Assembly (NCBI GenBank): GCA_017625695.1
Contig: JAGAKI010000079.1
Coordinates: 72,299 to 136,298, forward strand
DNA length: 64,000 nucleotides
From: Clostridia bacterium
GTDB lineage: Bacteria; Bacillota; Clostridia; UMGS1840
Reading direction: 5' to 3'
Part shown: one piece after another, positions 28,874 to 38,455 of the stretch
How positions within the stretch are numbered: position 1 is the first letter of the stretch
How the letters are laid out: each line of letters opens with the position of its first letter
Position numbers and translations under genes: made by a program
The notes under the pieces: generated by a model
Told to the model about the DNA's origin: nothing
Databases searched by the model: none
What the model saw: the letters and a program-made list of their open reading frames with translations, nothing else

Positions 28874-29153
28874 TTTTTCCGTAAATGAACTCGGAACGCT
28901 ATCGCTTGAAATGAACTTTGCCGCTCGGCGTATCCAATATACGCCTTCGGGTGTTACCAAAGCAAATGCTTTGGCAAAGTTTCTTCCATCCGAAGTCCAT
29001 TATACGAAAAAATAAACACAAATGAACTCGGAACGCTACCGCTTGAAATGAACTTTGCCCCTCGGCGTATCCAATATTTCTGAAACAAAGGCGGCAAATA
29101 ATAGAGTTTGAAAGACATCTCATAAACTACATCCGGGAAAGGAACTATCAGCT

Positions 29154-30527
29154 ATGTTAAATACCGAAAAAACAATGGAAAAAATCGTTGCTCTTTGTAA
29201 GGGCAGAGGATTTGTATATTCCGGCTCCGAAATCTACGGCGGCCTCTCCAACACCTGGGACTACGGCCCCTTGGGTGTGGAATTTAAAAACAACGTAAAA
29301 AAAGCCTGGTGGAGAAAATTCGTCCAGGAAAATCCCTACAATGTGGGATTGGATGCTGCAATCTTGATGAATCCCAAGGTTTGGGTAGCCAGCGGTCATG
29401 TAGGCGGTTTTTCCGACCCGCTGATGGACTGTAAGGAATGTAAAACCCGTCACCGTGCAGACAAGCTGATTGAAGATACCGGTGTTCTGCCTGCCGGCTG
29501 GTCCAACGAACAGATGGCACAGTACATCAAAGATAACAACATCGTTTGTCCCGAGTGCGGAAAATCCAACTTTACCGATATCAGAAAATTCAACTTAATG
29601 TTTAAAACCTTCCAGGGCGTTACCGAGGATGCACAGAGCGAATTGTTCCTGCGTCCCGAAACTGCTCAGGGGATCTTTGTAAACTTTAAATCCGTACAGA
29701 GAACTTCCCGTAAAAAAGTTCCCTTCGGTGTTTGTCAGATCGGGAAATCCTTCCGTAACGAAATCACCCCCGGTAACTTCGTGTTCCGTACCCGTGAATT
29801 TGAACAGATGGAACTGGAATTCTTCTGTAAACCCGGTACCGATTTAGAATGGTTTGCCTATTGGAAAGACTACTGCAAAAACTTCCTGTTATCGTTAGGC
29901 ATCAAAGAAGAAAACTTAAAACTGCGTGATCACGAACAGGAAGAGCTGTCTCACTATTCCAATGCTACTACCGACTTTGAATTCCTCTTCCCCTTTGGCT
30001 GGGGCGAGCTGTGGGGCATTGCAGACAGAACTGACTTTGACTTAAAACAGCACAGCGAACATTCCGGCGAAAAAATGGAATACATTGACCCTGTGACCAA
30101 CGAACGTTACATCCCCTACGTAATCGAACCATCTTTGGGTGCTGACCGTGTGGCACTGGCGTTCTTGGTGGATGCATATGACGAAGAAGAAGTATCCGAA
30201 GGCGATACCCGTGTGGTACTCCGGTTACATCCCGCTCTGGCTCCCGTCAAAGCGGCGGTTCTGCCCTTGTCGAAAAAGCTGTCCGAACCTGCATTCCAGC
30301 TTTATGAACAGCTGATTAAAAAATTCCCCTGTGAATTTGACGATGCAGGCTCCATCGGAAAACGCTACAGACGTCAGGACGAAATCGGTACTCCCTTCTG
30401 TATCACCTTTGACTTTGAATCCCAGGAAGACAATTCTGTTACCTTACGTGACCGTGACAGTATGGAACAGATTCGTCTGCCCATGGATGAAGTCATCCCC
30501 TATATTGAATCCAAACTGGAATTCTAA
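29154..30527 (+). CDS. glyQS: glycine--tRNA ligase (dimeric GlyQS type)
   Basis: 457 aa. Class II motifs [21 protein letters not shown] and GADR. Confidence 0.95.
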   Translation: MLNTEKTMEKIVALCKGRGFVYSGSEIYGGLSNTWDYGPLGVEFKNNVKKAWWRKFVQENPYNVGLDAAILMNPKVWVASGHVGGFSDPLMDCKECKTRHRADKLIEDTGVLPAGWSNEQMAQYIKDNNIVCPECGKSNFTDIRKFNLMFKTFQGVTEDAQSELFLRPETAQGIFVNFKSVQRTSRKKVPFGVCQIGKSFRNEITPGNFVFRTREFEQMELEFFCKPGTDLEWFAYWKDYCKNFLLSLGIKEENLKLRDHEQEELSHYSNATTDFEFLFPFGWGELWGIADRTDFDLKQHSEHSGEKMEYIDPVTNERYIPYVIEPSLGADRVALAFLVDAYDEEEVSEGDTRVVLRLHPALAPVKAAVLPLSKKLSEPAFQLYEQLIKKFPCEFDDAGSIGKRYRRQDEIGTPFCITFDFESQEDNSVTLRDRDSMEQIRLPMDEVIPYIESKLEF

Positions 30528-30618
30528 TTTTACATGGTAATCGAAAGTGGCAAGTGCTTCCTTTGATGAGGCACTTGCCATTTGCACACTTTTTTCATCC
30601 TTTTTGGGAGGTAACTTT

Positions 30619-31131
30619 ATGGTAGAAAAACGACAGCATCCGCTTGTTGCGATGCTTTTAAATCAACTGCTGTATGCGGCGGTATCGTTTATCATCGTCA
30701 CATCCATGGCAGGAACACTGCAGTTTTATTTCGGCTTGTTTTTTTTATTGTTATATCTTTCCGGTATTTATCAGTATGCTCATAAAGCGGGGACAGGTCA
30801 CCAGAAGTCCTACAGCAAAATCACCCCTCATATCAAATACCCTCTTGCGTATGCCCTGTGTGCGGTGTTATATGTGGTAGTTCCGCTGGGCATCTGCTGG
30901 CTGTTTCATGACTGGTATGTGTATCTGGCAGTCAGCTTATGGGAGGCACCGTTCTATTTTATGTATCTGATTTACCGTGACGGTGTGGTAAACTGGGCAG
31001 CGGCAGGGTTGTTATCTGCCGGCATTACCCTGGTAACGGGGCTTGGCTATCTGGCAGGAGTCAAACAGTTTTATCTGATCCGACTGGTCCACAAGCTGTT
31101 GTACCGTCCCGTGGAACCAAATGACAAATAA
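30619..31131 (+). CDS. hypothetical membrane protein
   Basis: Start MVEKRQ lies after a GGGAGG RBS. The upstream in-frame GTG (30547) overlaps the glyQS terminator hairpin GGCAAGTGC/GCACTTGCC. Confidence 0.55.
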   Translation: MVEKRQHPLVAMLLNQLLYAAVSFIIVTSMAGTLQFYFGLFFLLLYLSGIYQYAHKAGTGHQKSYSKITPHIKYPLAYALCAVLYVVVPLGICWLFHDWYVYLAVSLWEAPFYFMYLIYRDGVVNWAAAGLLSAGITLVTGLGYLAGVKQFYLIRLVHKLLYRPVEPNDK

Positions 31132-31142
31132 GGAGCGAATTT

Positions 31143-32315
31143 ATGCGTAAATTATTATTGGGAAAATGCGGAGAACTGGCCTTAAAAGGGCTAAACCGCA
31201 GAAATTTTGAAGACCAGCTGTTGAAAAACATCAGGAATCAGTTAAAAGGACTGTTACAGTCTGTCACCATCCATCAGTCTGCCATCTATATGGAACCCGC
31301 TGAGGATGCCGATTTTTATGAAATGCTGGAAAAGGCAAAAAACGTATTCGGCTTAAAATCCGTTTCCGTGGTGTATCAGACCGAAAAGGATATGGAAATT
31401 ATGAAAAAAGATGCCCTGGAATTGCTCCGTGATAAATTAACGGGCAAATCCTTTAAAGTGGAAGCCAAACGTGCAGATAAAACCTTCCCCTTGAACTCTC
31501 CTGCCATCTGTCAGGAGCTGGGCGGATTTTTGCATGATCACATTGAAAACTTAACCGTTGATGTAAAAAATCCCGACATTCAGGTGATGGTAGAGGTCCG
31601 GGAAAAAGGTGCTTACATCTATTTTGAAAAAGAAGAATGTCACGGCGGTCTGCCTGTTGGTACCGGCGGACGGGGCGTGCTTTTGTTATCCGGCGGGATT
31701 GACAGTCCCGTAGCCGGCTTTATGATGGCAAAACGAGGATTAAAACTGGAAGCCGTTCATTTTTATTCCTATCCCTATACCTCCGAACGTGCCAAACAAA
31801 AGGTGATTACCTTAGCAAGAACCATTGCAAAATATACCGGCCCCTACCGCCTTCACGTGGTTCCCTTTACGGAAATTCAGTTAGCCATTGGGGAAAAGTG
31901 CCGGGAAGATATGATGACCCTGGTGATGCGTCGTTTTATGATGAAAATTTCCCAGCGTGTGGCGCTTGACAACAACTGCGGTGCCCTGGTCACCGGCGAA
32001 AGCTTAGGACAGGTGGCAAGTCAGACCATTGAGGGACTGCAGGTTACCAATTCAGCGGTGGACCTTCCGGTGTTTCGTCCCTTAATCGGGATGGACAAAA
32101 CCGAAATCACCGAAATTTCCCGTAAAATGGATGCTTTTGAAACCTCCATTTTACCCTATGAAGATTGCTGTACCGTCTTTACCCCCAAGCATCCCAAGCT
32201 TCATCCCAGAGTGAAAGATGTTATCTTGGAAGAACAGAAGCTGGATATGGATGCACTCATAGAAGAGGCAGTTGCCAATATTGAAAGAGTACACATTTGT
32301 GCCGAAGATTTGTAG
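31143..32315 (+). CDS. thiI: tRNA 4-thiouridine(8) synthase
   Basis: THUMP domain plus PP-loop SGGIDSPV. Confidence 0.93.
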   Translation: MRKLLLGKCGELALKGLNRRNFEDQLLKNIRNQLKGLLQSVTIHQSAIYMEPAEDADFYEMLEKAKNVFGLKSVSVVYQTEKDMEIMKKDALELLRDKLTGKSFKVEAKRADKTFPLNSPAICQELGGFLHDHIENLTVDVKNPDIQVMVEVREKGAYIYFEKEECHGGLPVGTGGRGVLLLSGGIDSPVAGFMMAKRGLKLEAVHFYSYPYTSERAKQKVITLARTIAKYTGPYRLHVVPFTEIQLAIGEKCREDMMTLVMRRFMMKISQRVALDNNCGALVTGESLGQVASQTIEGLQVTNSAVDLPVFRPLIGMDKTEITEISRKMDAFETSILPYEDCCTVFTPKHPKLHPRVKDVILEEQKLDMDALIEEAVANIERVHICAEDL

Positions 32316-32331
32316 TTCGATAATTTTTATC

Positions 32332-32474
32332 TGTTCTTTTTCTTTGATGTCAAAGAAAAGAACCAAAAAGAAACTGCCGCCTGGTATTTCCGCAATCCCG
32401 AATTTCCGTCGTTTGGAAACGGTAGAGAATTGCGAAAATAAGGGCGGATTCTTGGGTTTCGTCGCTGGATAACG
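32332..32474 (+). repeat. ~145-bp interspersed element, copy E1
   Basis: TTCTTTGATGTCAAAGAA palindrome, then CCGCCTGGTATTTCCGCAAT...ATTGCGAAAATAAGGGCGG long hairpin, then GATAACG. Confidence 0.8.
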
Positions 32475-32530
32475 TTTTTTTGTGGGCGGTACCATCGTTT
32501 GTGTACACCCAAAACAACGGATAACCCCTC

Positions 32531-32557
32531 GTAGGGGACGATGCCCACATCGTCCCG
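32531..32557. repeat. REP-like palindromic hairpin (between E1 and E2)
   Basis: GTAGGGGACGATGCCCACATCGTCCCG. Confidence 0.85.
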
Positions 32558-32602
32558 CTGTGTGGTTACCCGGAACGTTGTTTGGAATTGATATTTTTTG
32601 TA

Positions 32603-32745
32603 TGTTCTTTTTCTTTGATGTCAAAGAAAAGAACCAAAAAGAAACCACCGCCTGGTATTTTTGCAACCCCGAACCTCCGTCTTCCTGATACGGTATTCCA
32701 TTGCGAAAATAAGGGCGGAAAGTTTGCTTTCGTCGTTTGATCAGG
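32603..32745 (+). repeat. ~145-bp interspersed element, copy E2
   Basis: Tandem with E1 at a period of about 271 bp. Confidence 0.8.
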
Positions 32746-32819
32746 AGAAAATGAACGAGTTTCTCACACTACAACAAGACGAAGATAATCATTTTTCAAG
32801 TCTCAGAAGGAGTAATCAT

Positions 32820-34883
32820 ATGAAAATATTATCCCCCGCAGGTTCCTACGAAGCTATGGTCGCTGCCGTAAAAACGGGAGCCGACGCTGTTTACTTAGGA
32901 CTGGATTCTTTTAACGCCAGAGCAGGCGCTGAAAATTTTACCGAAGAAACTTTAAAAGATGCCGTATTCTACTGCCACAAACGAGGCGTAGAAGTGTTTG
33001 TGACCTTAAATACGTTGGTTTACGATAACGAAATTGCAACGGTTACCAAGCTGATTGACGTCATCTATCATTCTCTGGCAGACGGGGTTATCGTACAGGA
33101 CTGGGGTGTGGCAGAGCTGGTAAAGAAAATTGCACCCGACCTGCGTCTGGTGGCATCTACCCAGATGACCGTTAATAACCTGGCAGGGGTCAAGCTGTTA
33201 GAAAAAGAAGGGTTTGACACGGTGGTTCTTCCCCGTGAATTATCCCGTGCCGAAATTGAAAAAATCAGAAAAGCCACCGATTTGAACGTGGAAGTGTTTG
33301 CCCACGGCGCCTTATGCGTATGCTATTCCGGCCAGTGCTTAATGTCCAGCTTTATCGGGGAGAGAAGCGGAAACCGGGGCAAATGTGCACAGCCTTGCCG
33401 GATGTTCTATGAAACTCAGCAGAAAAAAGGCGCACTGCTGTCTCCCAAGGATTTGATGCTCTTAGACTATCTTCCCGAACTGGAAGAAATCGGTGTGGAT
33501 GTGATCAAATTAGAAGGCAGATTGAAAAGCAAATATTATACTGCCGCTGTTACTGACGTATACCGCAGAGCGTTGGATTCGGGCGAAGTATCTGAAGAAG
33601 ATTATGCCATCATTGACGCCTCCTTCAACCGTGGCGGTTATACCCCCGGTTACTATGACGGCATTACCGATAAAAATCTCTTTAATTTTTATAAAAACGA
33701 AAATCCCTATTCCCGTGAAACCAAAAAAATGGAGCGTTACTACGACCAGATTTTAAACAAAGACCGTGAGTTTTCACAGATTCCCGTATCAGTTTCCTTG
33801 TTTTTGGAATTGGATCAGCCTGTGAAAGCAGAACTGCTGTTAGGGGAGGAGGAATATCCTTTCACCATTGACATTTGTCCCCAAGCGGCACAAAATGCGC
33901 CCTTAACCCGGGAAAAGCTGATTGACCAGTTAACCAAAACCGGAAACGAAACCTTCTGTTTTGAAGAAATTGAAATTGTATTGGCAGACGAAACACCGCT
34001 GTTTTTAAGTGTGTCACAGATGAATGCCATCCGCCGTGAAATCGGAGCGTATTTAGACAGTCTGTTTCAATTTGAACGGCATACCGAACCCTATTCCTAC
34101 CAGATGAGAAAGCGGAAAACCGTGGAGGAAATCGAGTATTATTGCACCGTTTCCACCGCTTTTCAGTTAAAATGGGTGCGTGAATGTTGGGATAAGCTGA
34201 TTTTCGCCAAAGCCGACGTCATTGAAGAATATATCCAAAAATACGGCGAAATCGACAATATCGGTCTGTGGTGCGAACGAATTGCCACCGACAAACAGAT
34301 TTCCAAAACCCGTGCCTTTTTAACCCGTCATCCCGAAATCACCGACCTTTTGGTGGGCAACATCGGTTACTTAAATTCCTTCGACCAAAAATATAACATC
34401 TATTGCGACTATACCCTAAACGTGACCAACTCCCTTTCTGCCGGATATTTAGAGCAAAAAGGAGTCAAGAATATGACAGCATCGGTGGAAGCAAACTTAA
34501 AAAATGTGAAAAATATTATGACCGATTCTGCACACTTAACCCTGTTGGGCTACGGTCAGATTCCCCTGATGATTACAAAATCCTGCATTAAATCCAACAT
34601 CCGTGGCAAATGCAATCCCAAGGATTTGGTGATGAAAGACAGAAAGGGTGAAGAATTTATCATCGCCTGCGAAAACTGTACGCAAAACGCCATCTATAAT
34701 CCCTATCCCATTATGATGTCGGATAAATTAAACGACCTGCGTGCTGCAGGGGTAGACTCTGTACGGCTTCATTTCTTCCGGGAAAACAAAGCACAGGTGC
34801 AGGAAATTATCCATTCCTTTAAATTGGAGCAGAATCCCCTGACCCGCTATACCAGAGGTCACTATTACAGAGGAGCATATTAA
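32820..34883 (+). CDS. U32-family peptidase-like protein (with DUF3656-like C-terminal extension)
   Basis: N-terminus MKILSPAGSYEAMVAAVKTGADAVYLG is typical of U32. Start at 32820 follows a GAAGGAG RBS. The ORF-track start lies inside repeat E2. Confidence 0.85.
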   Translation: MKILSPAGSYEAMVAAVKTGADAVYLGLDSFNARAGAENFTEETLKDAVFYCHKRGVEVFVTLNTLVYDNEIATVTKLIDVIYHSLADGVIVQDWGVAELVKKIAPDLRLVASTQMTVNNLAGVKLLEKEGFDTVVLPRELSRAEIEKIRKATDLNVEVFAHGALCVCYSGQCLMSSFIGERSGNRGKCAQPCRMFYETQQKKGALLSPKDLMLLDYLPELEEIGVDVIKLEGRLKSKYYTAAVTDVYRRALDSGEVSEEDYAIIDASFNRGGYTPGYYDGITDKNLFNFYKNENPYSRETKKMERYYDQILNKDREFSQIPVSVSLFLELDQPVKAELLLGEEEYPFTIDICPQAAQNAPLTREKLIDQLTKTGNETFCFEEIEIVLADETPLFLSVSQMNAIRREIGAYLDSLFQFERHTEPYSYQMRKRKTVEEIEYYCTVSTAFQLKWVRECWDKLIFAKADVIEEYIQKYGEIDNIGLWCERIATDKQISKTRAFLTRHPEITDLLVGNIGYLNSFDQKYNIYCDYTLNVTNSLSAGYLEQKGVKNMTASVEANLKNVKNIMTDSAHLTLLGYGQIPLMITKSCIKSNIRGKCNPKDLVMKDRKGEEFIIACENCTQNAIYNPYPIMMSDKLNDLRAAGVDSVRLHFFRENKAQVQEIIHSFKLEQNPLTRYTRGHYYRGAY

Positions 34884-34887
34884 ACCG

Positions 34888-35313
34888 ATGAAAAACGAAT
34901 TTATGCTCCTTGCCATAGAAGAAGCGAAAAAAGACCCCAACGAGGTTCCCGTAGGTGCTGTTTTAGTAAAAAACAAAGAAGTCATTGCCGCCGCTCACAA
35001 TGAATGTGTGGCACAAAACGGCATCTGCCATGCGGAATTATTGGCGATTGAAAGAGGACTGGAAAAATTAGGGACTACCTATTTGGAGGATTGCGAGTTA
35101 TATGTGACCAAGGAGCCTTGCCTGATGTGCTTCGGTGCCACCGTCAACGCCCGTGTAAAGCGGGTGTATTTCGGTTGTTATGACATAAAATACGGTGCCA
35201 TGGAGCAGATTGAAAAGTTGGGCTATCTTCATAAAATTAACCATGTTCCCGAAACTTACGGGGGCATTATGGAAGCAGAATGTAAAACCTTACTGGAGGA
35301 ATTTTTCCGATGA
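34888..35313 (+). CDS. tadA: tRNA-specific adenosine deaminase
   Basis: CDA zinc motifs HAE and PCLMC. Confidence 0.92.
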   Translation: MKNEFMLLAIEEAKKDPNEVPVGAVLVKNKEVIAAAHNECVAQNGICHAELLAIERGLEKLGTTYLEDCELYVTKEPCLMCFGATVNARVKRVYFGCYDIKYGAMEQIEKLGYLHKINHVPETYGGIMEAECKTLLEEFFR

Positions 35314-36875
35314 ATTTTTTGATAAAGGACTTAAAGTTTCCTGTCAGCTATACCGACAGCGAAGCAATTTCTTTTATGAAAAATACCTATTTCCCCCGCG
35401 GAAAGGTGACTGTCTATAAAAAATCGGTAGATGCCCGCAAAAAAGAGGACATCTCATTTGTATATACTTTTTTGGTGGATGCCCAAAAAATTCCGCCAAA
35501 ACTCAAGAAAAAAACCGCTCCCTACCGGGAGAAAACACTGTCGTTTTCTTATGGTAACAAACAACTTCCCCATCGTCCCGTGGTGGTGGGAGCCGGGCCG
35601 GGCGGTCTTTTTTGTGCTTATTTCCTGGCGAAAAACGGGTATGCGCCCATTGTATTGGAGCGTGGCGAACCCATTGAAGAACGGGTGAAAACCGTGGACG
35701 GTTTTTTTCTGGGCAAGCCGTTGAACAAAGAATCCAATGTTCAGTTTGGTGAGGGCGGTGCCGGTGCTTTTTCCGACGGAAAGCTGACCACCCGTATCAA
35801 CGACCCCCTGTCGGCAGAGGTGGTACGCTTACTGGCAGAGCATAGCGGTTTACCCCACCTTGCCTATCAGGCAAAACCGCATATCGGGACCGATAAATTA
35901 CGCACCTGTGTGAAAAATCTGCGGGAAGAAATTATCCGTTACGGCGGTACTTTTTCTTTTCACAGCCGTCTTTCTGACATTGCACTAACCAATGGAAACA
36001 TTACTTCCGTTACCGTAAATGATACCCAAATAATCCCCGCATCCGTGGTGGTTTTAGCAACCGGACACAGTGCCAAAGATGTGTACAATTTACTTTACAA
36101 AAAAGAAATTCCCTTATCCAAAAAACCCTTTTCCGTGGGTGTCAGAGTAGAACATTTTCGTTCGGTCATCGATACCATCCAATACGGCTCCTTTGCCGGA
36201 CATCCCAACTTGGGGGCGGCAGACTATCAGGTGTTTCATCACGCGTCAAACGGACATACGGCATACAGCTTTTGTATGTGTCCCGGCGGTGTGGTGGTAC
36301 CCAGTCAGTCGGAAGAAGAATCCATTTTAGTTAACGGGATGAGCTATTTCGCCCGTGACGGAAAAAATTCCAATTCCGCCCTTTGTGTGTCGGTCTCTCC
36401 CGAAGATTTTGGTGATGGCTTGTTTGATGGACTTCATTTGATTGAAACCTTAGAAAAAACTGCCTATCAGCTGGCAGGTGCCAATCAGCATGCCCCCTTT
36501 ACTACTTCTTTTGATTTTACAGGGGTGAAGCCGACAGGAGCCTATCCCGAACCCACCTATTCGCTGGGTGTCACCGAAGTGAATTTCGAGAAACTGTTTC
36601 CCGCTTTTGTCACCGAAGCCTTGCGGGAAGGGCTGCAGACATTCGAGCAGAAAATGCCCGGATTTTTAAGTCAGGGATGCATTTTCACAGGGGTGGAAAC
36701 CCGTACCTCTTCCCCTCTTCGCATCAACCGGAACGAAGCACTTCAGTCGGACAAAGCTATCGGCTTGTATCCTTGCGGAGAAGGGGCAGGCTATGCCGGC
36801 GGTATCGTATCGGCTGCTGTGGACGGCATGAAAATTGCGGGTAAAATTATGGAGCAGTTTCAACCATTGGGGTAA
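35310..36875 (+). CDS. FAD-dependent oxidoreductase (COG2509-like)
   Basis: VVVGAGPGG dinucleotide-binding motif. 521 aa. Confidence 0.75.
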   Translation: MNFLIKDLKFPVSYTDSEAISFMKNTYFPRGKVTVYKKSVDARKKEDISFVYTFLVDAQKIPPKLKKKTAPYREKTLSFSYGNKQLPHRPVVVGAGPGGLFCAYFLAKNGYAPIVLERGEPIEERVKTVDGFFLGKPLNKESNVQFGEGGAGAFSDGKLTTRINDPLSAEVVRLLAEHSGLPHLAYQAKPHIGTDKLRTCVKNLREEIIRYGGTFSFHSRLSDIALTNGNITSVTVNDTQIIPASVVVLATGHSAKDVYNLLYKKEIPLSKKPFSVGVRVEHFRSVIDTIQYGSFAGHPNLGAADYQVFHHASNGHTAYSFCMCPGGVVVPSQSEEESILVNGMSYFARDGKNSNSALCVSVSPEDFGDGLFDGLHLIETLEKTAYQLAGANQHAPFTTSFDFTGVKPTGAYPEPTYSLGVTEVNFEKLFPAFVTEALREGLQTFEQKMPGFLSQGCIFTGVETRTSSPLRINRNEALQSDKAIGLYPCGEGAGYAGGIVSAAVDGMKIAGKIMEQFQPLG

Positions 36876-36911
36876 GATTTGATTTCCCTCCGAAAAATCC
36901 GTAAAAATTTG

Positions 36912-36940
36912 TTGACATCGGAAGAAAACTGTGGTATACT
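36912..36940 (+). promoter_or_regulatory. near-consensus sigma-A promoter of the potA leader
   Basis: TTGACA-17 nt-TATACT with an extended-10 TGG. Confidence 0.7.
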
Positions 36941-37267
36941 GAGCGTGTCATCAAAATTTGGAACGAAAGGTTCCCGAGGGTGAATATTACGACCGCTTGA
37001 ATTTGTAAAACCCTTTCAAGCTAAGGCCAGACGGACAGCCGGGTCGAACGCCGAAACGCCGGATAAAAACATCCGGTTGGCAGGGAAAACCTGCCTTATT
37101 GATTGAGTTAGAAGCTCAAATTTTATAAGTTGGTTCCTTTACAACCATGTGCCAAACAGCACACATCGACTTGTGAAACGGTCAATAAGAGTACGCGTAT
37201 CAAACTCTGAAACCTATCCAAATTGTCAAGGGGTGTTTTGTCCCCTTTGGGAAAACGATTCTTACAA

Positions 37268-37304
37268 GCGGTGTGTCTTAGGGCATACCGCTTTTTGTTT
37301 TTTT
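37268..37304 (+). terminator. leader (attenuator) terminator upstream of potA
   Basis: 8-bp stem GCGGTGTG/CATACCGC followed by TTTTTGTTTTTTT. It ends 30 nt before the potA GTG. Confidence 0.7.
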
Positions 37305-37333
37305 CTAAATTTTCGGGGAAGGGTGAAGCCTTA

Positions 37334-38455
37334 GTGGAACATAAAAAGATTATTGAATTACAAAATATTTCCAAGGAGTTTGAAGACGAACAGGTGTTAA
37401 GCTCCATCAATTTAGATATCTATGACAAGCAGTTTGTGACCTTGCTTGGTCCCTCCGGTTGCGGAAAAACCACCACCTTACGAATTGTGGGCGGTTTTGA
37501 AACTCCCGATCAGGGGGATGTGCTGTTTGAGGGAAAACGCATCAACGATGTGCCTGCCCACAAGAGAAGCATCAACACCGTGTTTCAGAAATATGCTTTG
37601 TTCCCTCATTTGAATGTGTTTGAAAATGTGGCATTTTCTCTGCGGTTACAGAAACTTCCCAATGCGGAAATTATCAAACGTGTGAAAGAAATGCTGGAAC
37701 TGGTTGCCCTAAAAGGCTTCGAGCGAAAAAACGTAACCAAATTATCCGGCGGTCAGCAACAGCGTGTTGCCATCGCCAGAGCCTTAATCAGCCATCCCCG
37801 TGTGTTGTTGCTGGACGAGCCTCTGGGTGCGTTGGACTTAAAGCTTCGGAAAGATATGCAGAACGAACTGAAAAAAATCCAGAAACAGACCGGCATCACC
37901 TTTATCTATGTTACCCACGACCAGGAGGAAGCACTCTCCATGTCTGACGTGGTAGTAGTTATGGCAGAGGGCAAAATTCAGCAAATCGGAACTCCAACCG
38001 ATATCTATAACGAACCCGTCAATGCATTTGTTGCTGACTTTATCGGTGAAAGTAACATTGTAGACGGCATTATGAACGAAGATTATAAGGTTACCTTCTC
38101 CGGACACACCTTCCAATGTGTGGATAAAGGCTTTGCCCCCGGGGAAGCGGTGGATGTTGTGGTACGTCCCGAAGATGTGGATGTGGTAAACGTAGCCGAC
38201 GGAATGTTACAGGGGACTGTAACTTCTGTTACCTTCAAAGGGGTTCACTATGAAATCATCGTGGATATCGGTGGTTTCAAATGGATGATTCAGTCCACTG
38301 ATTTTGTGGATGTGAATGCCAATATCGGCATCTTTATTGAACCCGATGCCATTCATATTATGAAGAAATCCGAATTCTCCGGTCAGTACGGTGACTATTC
38401 TACCTTCTCTGACGAAATTGAAGAACTGGGAAACTCCGAAACGGTAGGTGACTAA
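37334..38455 (+). CDS. potA: spermidine/putrescine ABC transporter ATP-binding protein
   Basis: [30 protein letters not shown], and a C-terminal TOBE-like domain. GTG start follows a GGGGAAGGGTGA RBS. Confidence 0.92.
   Translation: MEHKKIIELQNISKEFEDEQVLSSINLDIYDKQFVTLLGPSGCGKTTTLRIVGGFETPDQGDVLFEGKRINDVPAHKRSINTVFQKYALFPHLNVFENVAFSLRLQKLPNAEIIKRVKEMLELVALKGFERKNVTKLSGGQQQRVAIARALISHPRVLLLDEPLGALDLKLRKDMQNELKKIQKQTGITFIYVTHDQEEALSMSDVVVVMAEGKIQQIGTPTDIYNEPVNAFVADFIGESNIVDGIMNEDYKVTFSGHTFQCVDKGFAPGEAVDVVVRPEDVDVVNVADGMLQGTVTSVTFKGVHYEIIVDIGGFKWMIQSTDFVDVNANIGIFIEPDAIHIMKKSEFSGQYGDYSTFSDEIEELGNSETVGD

Noticed and set aside
32346-32471. 40-41 codon mini-ORF (MSKKRTKKKLPPGI...CENKGGF) inside E1 and E2
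   Set aside because: There is no Shine-Dalgarno sequence. E3 and E4 lack the ATG. The conserved blocks coincide with hairpin arms. A non-coding explanation is favoured but not fully excluded.
32151-32688. ORFs of 66-171 aa across 32151-32688, and similar ones at 42047-42574 and 49378-49915
   Set aside because: They lie entirely in interspersed repeats (E elements, REP, module M) and have no RBS. Their frames are not preserved between repeat copies.
36947-37110. Known ncRNA (SRP RNA, 6S, RNase P, tmRNA, cobalamin or ykkC riboswitch) in the potA upstream region
   Set aside because: The diagnostic cores (SRP GGUCCGGAAGGAAGCAGC, the cobalamin B12-box context, ykkC GGGUUCCG/GGUCCGAGAG) are not present. 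Any resemblance is only partial. Left as unknown.
37123-37410. 95-aa (-) and 61-aa (+) ORFs in the potA leader
   Set aside because: There is no RBS. They overlap predicted RNA hairpins and the potA start. The region is better explained as a structured 5' UTR.
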